Of a DNA stretch of 11,898 nt, positions 8,137-11,898 are shown piece after piece (the stretch's first letter is position 1; each line of letters starts with the position of its first letter). The DNA is from Methanobacterium sp. (lineage in GTDB: Archaea; Methanobacteriota; Methanobacteria; Methanobacteriales; Methanobacteriaceae). The stretch is from assembly GCA_003166335.1 (NCBI GenBank), contig PMWA01000059.1:1-11898 (forward strand), written 5' to 3'. The notes below the pieces were generated by a model. It worked only from the letters and a program-made list of their open reading frames with translations, ran no database searches and was not told the DNA's origin. The position numbers were made by a program, and so were the translations under genes.

Positions 8137-8187
8137 AATCAATTCCATAAATTAAATTTGTAATGTAATTATAGGGGGAGATTTAAA

Positions 8188-8922
8188 ATGGATGTTGGAG
8201 AGATTATTTCAGATGCGATAAGGTATCCATCTTCTGATTGGAAAAAAATTATAATTTTAGGGGTAATATTAATCATTCCTATCGTAGACTTTATTGGTTT
8301 AGGTTATATTCTAAGAATAATTAAATCAACTTTGGCAGGTTACGATGATCTGCCGGAATTTGATGATTTAAGTGATTTGTTTATAGATGGCCTAAAAGTG
8401 CTGGTAGTAAGCATAGCATATTTCATAATTCCTTTGATCGTAATCTCAGTCGGTTTAGTTGGATCAACAGCATTAGTAAGTGGAGCTATCACAAATCCAT
8501 TAGCCTTAGTAGGATTGGGTGTAACCAGTATAATCGGTGGAATACTGTTTATCATATTCGAATTATTTTGGATAATAGCAATAGCGAATATGGCTTTATA
8601 TGATGAACTGGGAGCAGCCTTCAAATTCAGTGAAATAGTTGGAAGAATATCTAACATCGGATGGGGAAAATACATTATCTGGTACATAGTTATGATCATT
8701 ATAGGAATCATATTTGGAATTATATCCGGCATTTTGCAGATAATCCCAGTCATAGGACTCATTATTGCGGTTATATTAATCTACTCGTACTTTTCCATGT
8801 TTGGTGGAAGATCCGTGGCTTTGATATTCGCATCTAGCGAAGAATTTCAAAAAACACCAGCACCATCTCAAGAGTCTGTAGAAGAACCAAGTCAAACTGA
8901 AAAACCTGAGGAACCTGAATAA
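8188..8922 (+). CDS. DUF4013-like multi-pass membrane protein, copy 1
   Basis: MDVGEIISDAIRYP..DWKKIIILG...GY..RIIK....G.DDLPEF...FIDGLK...ANMA......AAFKF family pattern, with several hydrophobic helices and an acidic/Pro-rich tail. Confidence 0.85.
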   Translation: MDVGEIISDAIRYPSSDWKKIIILGVILIIPIVDFIGLGYILRIIKSTLAGYDDLPEFDDLSDLFIDGLKVLVVSIAYFIIPLIVISVGLVGSTALVSGAITNPLALVGLGVTSIIGGILFIIFELFWIIAIANMALYDELGAAFKFSEIVGRISNIGWGKYIIWYIVMIIIGIIFGIISGILQIIPVIGLIIAVILIYSYFSMFGGRSVALIFASSEEFQKTPAPSQESVEEPSQTEKPEEPE

Positions 8923-8953
8923 AACTCGCAGCAAATGAAAATAAAATCTTAAA

Positions 8954-8974
8954 TTTCTCTTTTTTTATTTTATT
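8954..8974 (+). terminator. Putative oligo-T terminator after DUF4013 copy 1
   Basis: Pyrimidine/T-rich stretch (TTTCTC followed by a long T-run and further T-runs) starting about 30 nt after the stop codon. Confidence 0.5.
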
Positions 8975-9090
8975 AGATCCCTTTACATTTAGCTTATTTA
9001 TAAAATAACTTATCTAACTGAATTTTATTTATTAATTGACGAAGTTCTAAAAATTGGTATTATTATAGATTTTAACATTGGTGAATCACT

Positions 9091-9792
9091 ATGAATGTGG
9101 TAAGGATTACTTCAGAAGCATTTAAATATCCACTTTCTGATTTTAAAAAGATTTTAATATTGGGAATAATTGTTATTTTGTCTTCTTTGATCATCCCCGG
9201 ATTTTTACTTCTAGGATATTTTTTTAAAATAATAAAATCTTCAATTAAAGATTCGTCTAGTCTTCCACTGTTTGATGATTGGATCCCAATGTTTGCGGAT
9301 GGTTTGAAAGTATTTATAGTTCTTTTAATTTACTCACTGATTCCGTTGGTGCTCATATTATCAGCTATTAAGACTACTCTTATTCCTTTGCTGACAGTAG
9401 CTGGGTCTGGATACCTCCTTAATCCCTCCCTTTGGACGGGTTTAGTTAGTGACACGGCTTTTATAGGTGTTTTATTAGAGATCATGGTGGGCTTTATAAT
9501 TGGCATTGCTCTGGCTAATATGGCTTATCATGATGAACTTAAGGCTGCATTCAGATTTAAAGAATTTTTTGGCGTGATAAAAGAAATAGGCTGGGCTGAT
9601 TACTTTATTTGGTATGTCGTGATGTTAATAATAGCATTGGCTGCGGTTTTTATTTCATTCTTCTTAGTGTTTCCATTAATTATTGGGGTTATAATTGTAC
9701 CTTTAATTATTTCATCATATTTCATCATATTTTTTGCTAGATCCATTGCATTGATGTTTATATATGGTGTGTGGAAGATTTTATCTCAATAA
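9091..9792 (+). CDS. DUF4013-like multi-pass membrane protein, copy 2
   Basis: Paralogue of the upstream gene: AFKYP.SDFKKILILG, LP.FDD...FADGLKV, ANMAYHDEL.AAFRF, IGW..Y.IWY. RBS GGTGA at 9080-9084. Confidence 0.85.
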   Translation: MNVVRITSEAFKYPLSDFKKILILGIIVILSSLIIPGFLLLGYFFKIIKSSIKDSSSLPLFDDWIPMFADGLKVFIVLLIYSLIPLVLILSAIKTTLIPLLTVAGSGYLLNPSLWTGLVSDTAFIGVLLEIMVGFIIGIALANMAYHDELKAAFRFKEFFGVIKEIGWADYFIWYVVMLIIALAAVFISFFLVFPLIIGVIIVPLIISSYFIIFFARSIALMFIYGVWKILSQ

Positions 9793-9911
9793 ATCACCTA
9801 AAATCCAAATTTAAATAATTAAAAAATTTTATTCTTAATCTTCTCAGTGATGATATAAAATTATAAATAAAATTTTTTATAAGAAATATATTTGATCAAT
9901 TTTAACAAATA

Positions 9912-9921
9912 TTTATATAAA
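9912..9921 (+). promoter_or_regulatory. Putative TATA box of the Lrp/AsnC gene
   Basis: TTTATATAAA matches the methanogen TATA consensus. RBS GAGGT follows at 9965-9969. Confidence 0.55.
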
Positions 9922-9977
9922 ATGTTTACATTAAAGTAGTTAAAACAAAACATTGTTCACTAAAGAGGTTATACGAA

Positions 9978-10466
9978 ATGTATTATAGTAATGATTATGA
10001 AAACCTAGAGTTTTCTGTAGATGAAATTGACCGAAAGATTATTAATTTATTCCAAGAAGATGGTAGAATGTCATATAGAAAAATTGCTAAAGAATTAGAC
10101 ATTTCTATTGGTACTGTTCATAACCGTATAGATAAACTAACTAAAAATGGTGTTATAAAAAAGTTTACCCCAGTTATTGACCATAGAAAACTAGGTTATG
10201 CTCTTACAACTGTAATCGGGGTGCGTGTTAAAGGCGGTGTATTGAAAAACTGGGAAGATCGAACTGCTTACCATAAAAATGTGCTATGCGTTTATGATGT
10301 AACCGGAGAATTTGATGCCATATTAATAGCCCGATTTAAAGATACAGAAGAATTGGATCAGTTCGTTAAAGGATTATTAAAAGAGCCTGATGTACAGAGA
10401 ACCTATACTCAAACCGTTCTAAATATTGTTAAAGAAGATTTAAATTCGGGAGATATGTTTATATAA
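9978..10466 (+). CDS. Lrp/AsnC family transcriptional regulator
   Basis: N-terminal HTH DEIDRKII..FQEDGRMSYRKIAKEL.IS.GTVHNRI.KL...GVIK, and C-terminal RAM domain with YDVTGEFD and RTYTQTVL. Confidence 0.95.
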   Translation: MYYSNDYENLEFSVDEIDRKIINLFQEDGRMSYRKIAKELDISIGTVHNRIDKLTKNGVIKKFTPVIDHRKLGYALTTVIGVRVKGGVLKNWEDRTAYHKNVLCVYDVTGEFDAILIARFKDTEELDQFVKGLLKEPDVQRTYTQTVLNIVKEDLNSGDMFI

Positions 10467-10476
10467 AAAATTTTTA
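10464..10476. terminator. Putative bidirectional terminator TAAAAAATTTTTA between convergent lrp and cofG
   Basis: The two stop codons are 7 bp apart, giving a T5 tract on + and a T6 tract on -. Confidence 0.45.
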
Positions 10477-11553
10477 CATTGAAGAAATTTTATCCAATAT
10501 CCTTTCACTTAGAAACTCATCATTAATGAATTTAGGGTACACCGGTAACCTTTCTAATAGTTCAAAACCTAATTCTTCAGTAACACTTCTTAAATAATCT
10601 AATTCTGGCCAAGGAGCTTCAGGATTCACATAATCCTTTGTAAGAGGAGATACACCACCCAAGTCATCAACACCCGCTAATAAAAACATTGATACGTTTA
10701 CCTTGTTCAAATTAGGAGGAATTTGCACTCCTACATCGGGAAATAAGAGCCGGGTGACAGTTATCATTTTAATCATTTCCGTTAATGAGGGTTCTTCCTG
10801 ATGCTCAAGTGGTATTCCCGGTTTGGGTTTGAAGTTTTGGATAATTATTTCCTGAATATGCCCGTACTTGTTATGAAGTTTTCTTAATTCAATAAGTGAT
10901 TCTGCTCTTTCTTCTAGAGTCTCCCCTATACCAATTAAGAGACCCGTTGTAAATGGTATTTTAAGTTTCCCAGCATTTTCTATTGTTTTAACCCTTAATT
11001 TAGGTTCTTTTCCAGGGCTTTTGGAATGTATAGCTGTTTGCATAAGTCTGGGACTTGAGTTTTCAAGCATCAATCCCATGGAAGCATTTACTTCTTTTAA
11101 GAATTTTAATTCCTTCTTTTTAAGGATTCCCGGGTTGCTGTGGGGTAAAAGATTAGTGTTAATTAATGTTTCGCTACAGAGAGAATAAAGGTATTCCACC
11201 ATGCTTTCAAAGCCCTGGTTCTCCAGAGCACATTTAACTTCATAAAATTCATCTGCACCCTCTCCAAATGTGAAAAGCGCCTCGTGACAACCATAAGCAT
11301 CCGCCATTTTAAGTATATGCTTAACTTCCGTGGTTTCCATTAGTATAGTAGTGTCAAAACTCTCTGGACCTTTGCGGAATGTGCAGTATCCACATTGATT
11401 CCTACATATCTCAGTGAGTGGTAAGAAAACATTTTTAGAATAAGTGATTTTATCATCATGCCGATGAGTATTTGCTTCCATCATCAAAGACAACATCTCA
11501 GAGTAATTTGTGTTAAGAAATGTGATTATATCATCTTTTGATAATTTAGCCAT
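10474..11553 (-). CDS. cofG: 7,8-didemethyl-8-hydroxy-5-deazariboflavin (FO) synthase subunit CofG, radical SAM, F420 biosynthesis
   Basis: ITYSKNVFLPLT..CRNQCGYC.F (CxxxCxxC), EALFTFGE, LPHSNPG, SMGLMLE, HSKSPGK.P, PFTTGLLIGIGE, IQEIIIQNF, Q.PPNL and DLGGVSP...DYVNPEAPWP motifs. Confidence 0.96.
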   Translation of the reverse strand: MAKLSKDDIITFLNTNYSEMLSLMMEANTHRHDDKITYSKNVFLPLTEICRNQCGYCTFRKGPESFDTTILMETTEVKHILKMADAYGCHEALFTFGEGADEFYEVKCALENQGFESMVEYLYSLCSETLINTNLLPHSNPGILKKKELKFLKEVNASMGLMLENSSPRLMQTAIHSKSPGKEPKLRVKTIENAGKLKIPFTTGLLIGIGETLEERAESLIELRKLHNKYGHIQEIIIQNFKPKPGIPLEHQEEPSLTEMIKMITVTRLLFPDVGVQIPPNLNKVNVSMFLLAGVDDLGGVSPLTKDYVNPEAPWPELDYLRSVTEELGFELLERLPVYPKFINDEFLSERILDKISSM

Positions 11554-11603
11554 ATTATTTTCTCTTCAAATTATTTATTTGAATTTTTATTATAAAATTT
11601 ATT

Positions 11604-11897
11604 TTAGCACTCTAAATTAGCTAACACTAACTCCACGAATTTAGGGCCTAATCCACTTTTATCCATCCATAAAACCATAAAAATAGCTATACCATTTAAC
11701 AATCCTAAAGCATATTCAACATGACAATTCATTGCCTCAAATGATTCTTTAAGCCTGTAAATCCCATAAACATCCGTATCTCCTTGAATTTCAACCTGAG
11801 CTCTAATGTATTCATCCATTACCCCTATCACATCTTTAGCTTCGTCTGAAAAAACATCTATTTTACGGGCGCCTATTTCGTTTAAAACATTGCAAAC
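11604..11897 (-). CDS. Conserved archaeal protein, possibly DUF2120 family, 5'-truncated by the window edge
   Basis: The frame is open to the window end (VCNVLNEIGARKIDVFSDEAKDVIGVMDEY...WMDKSGLGPKFVELVLA), so GTG11831 is probably internal. The family call rests on a recalled C-terminal W.DKSG.GP.FVE motif. Confidence 0.65.
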   Translation of the reverse strand, partial: VCNVLNEIGARKIDVFSDEAKDVIGVMDEYIRAQVEIQGDTDVYGIYRLKESFEAMNCHVEYALGLLNGIAIFMVLWMDKSGLGPKFVELVLANLEC

Positions 11898-11898
11898 A

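Noticed and set aside
8340..8762. 140-aa minus-strand ORF
   Set aside because: Entirely antisense to DUF4013 copy 1; its Ile/Pro/Asn-rich composition mirrors the sense-strand codons.
9081..9089. GTGA-A-TCAC palindrome over the RBS of DUF4013 copy 2
   Set aside because: A 1-nt loop cannot form a stable hairpin, and 4-bp arms are expected by chance.
1..11898. CRISPR arrays, tRNA/rRNA genes, IS elements, inteins, selenocysteine or pyrrolysine recoding
   Set aside because: No regularly spaced repeats, GC-rich structured segments, transposase motifs, large in-frame insertions or interrupted conserved ORFs were seen by eye. A covariance-model search was not possible.

Overview
AT-rich archaeal window, most consistent with a Methanobacteriaceae methanogen (cofG, MTH1184- and MTH1187-type genes, GGTGA-type RBSs, TATA promoters, oligo-T terminators). 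It is mostly conserved core genome. Gene order: TraB-domain protein (5'-truncated, +), DUF1922 Cys-rich protein (+), archaeal GTPBP-type translational GTPase (+), bacterial-looking class I SAM methyltransferase (+), TtuA/NcsA-family sulfurtransferase (-), MTH1187 thiamine-binding-family protein (+), DegT aminotransferase (-), trm1 (+), two tandem DUF4013-like membrane proteins (+), Lrp/AsnC regulator (+), cofG (-), and a 5'-truncated conserved protein (-). I saw no CRISPR array, IS element, rRNA or tRNA gene, and I cannot claim a proven new system. Best leads: (1) the GTPase N-terminal domain keeps a Schlafen/AlbA_2-like acidic catalytic pattern and lies among tRNA-modification genes; (2) a TtuA homologue lacking the N-terminal Zn finger shares a 36-bp bidirectional, probably leaderless promoter with the MTH1187 gene; (3) the methyltransferase looks inserted; (4) there are several operator-like palindromes and an RBS-occluding hairpin. 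All family assignments come from motif recognition, not database searches.
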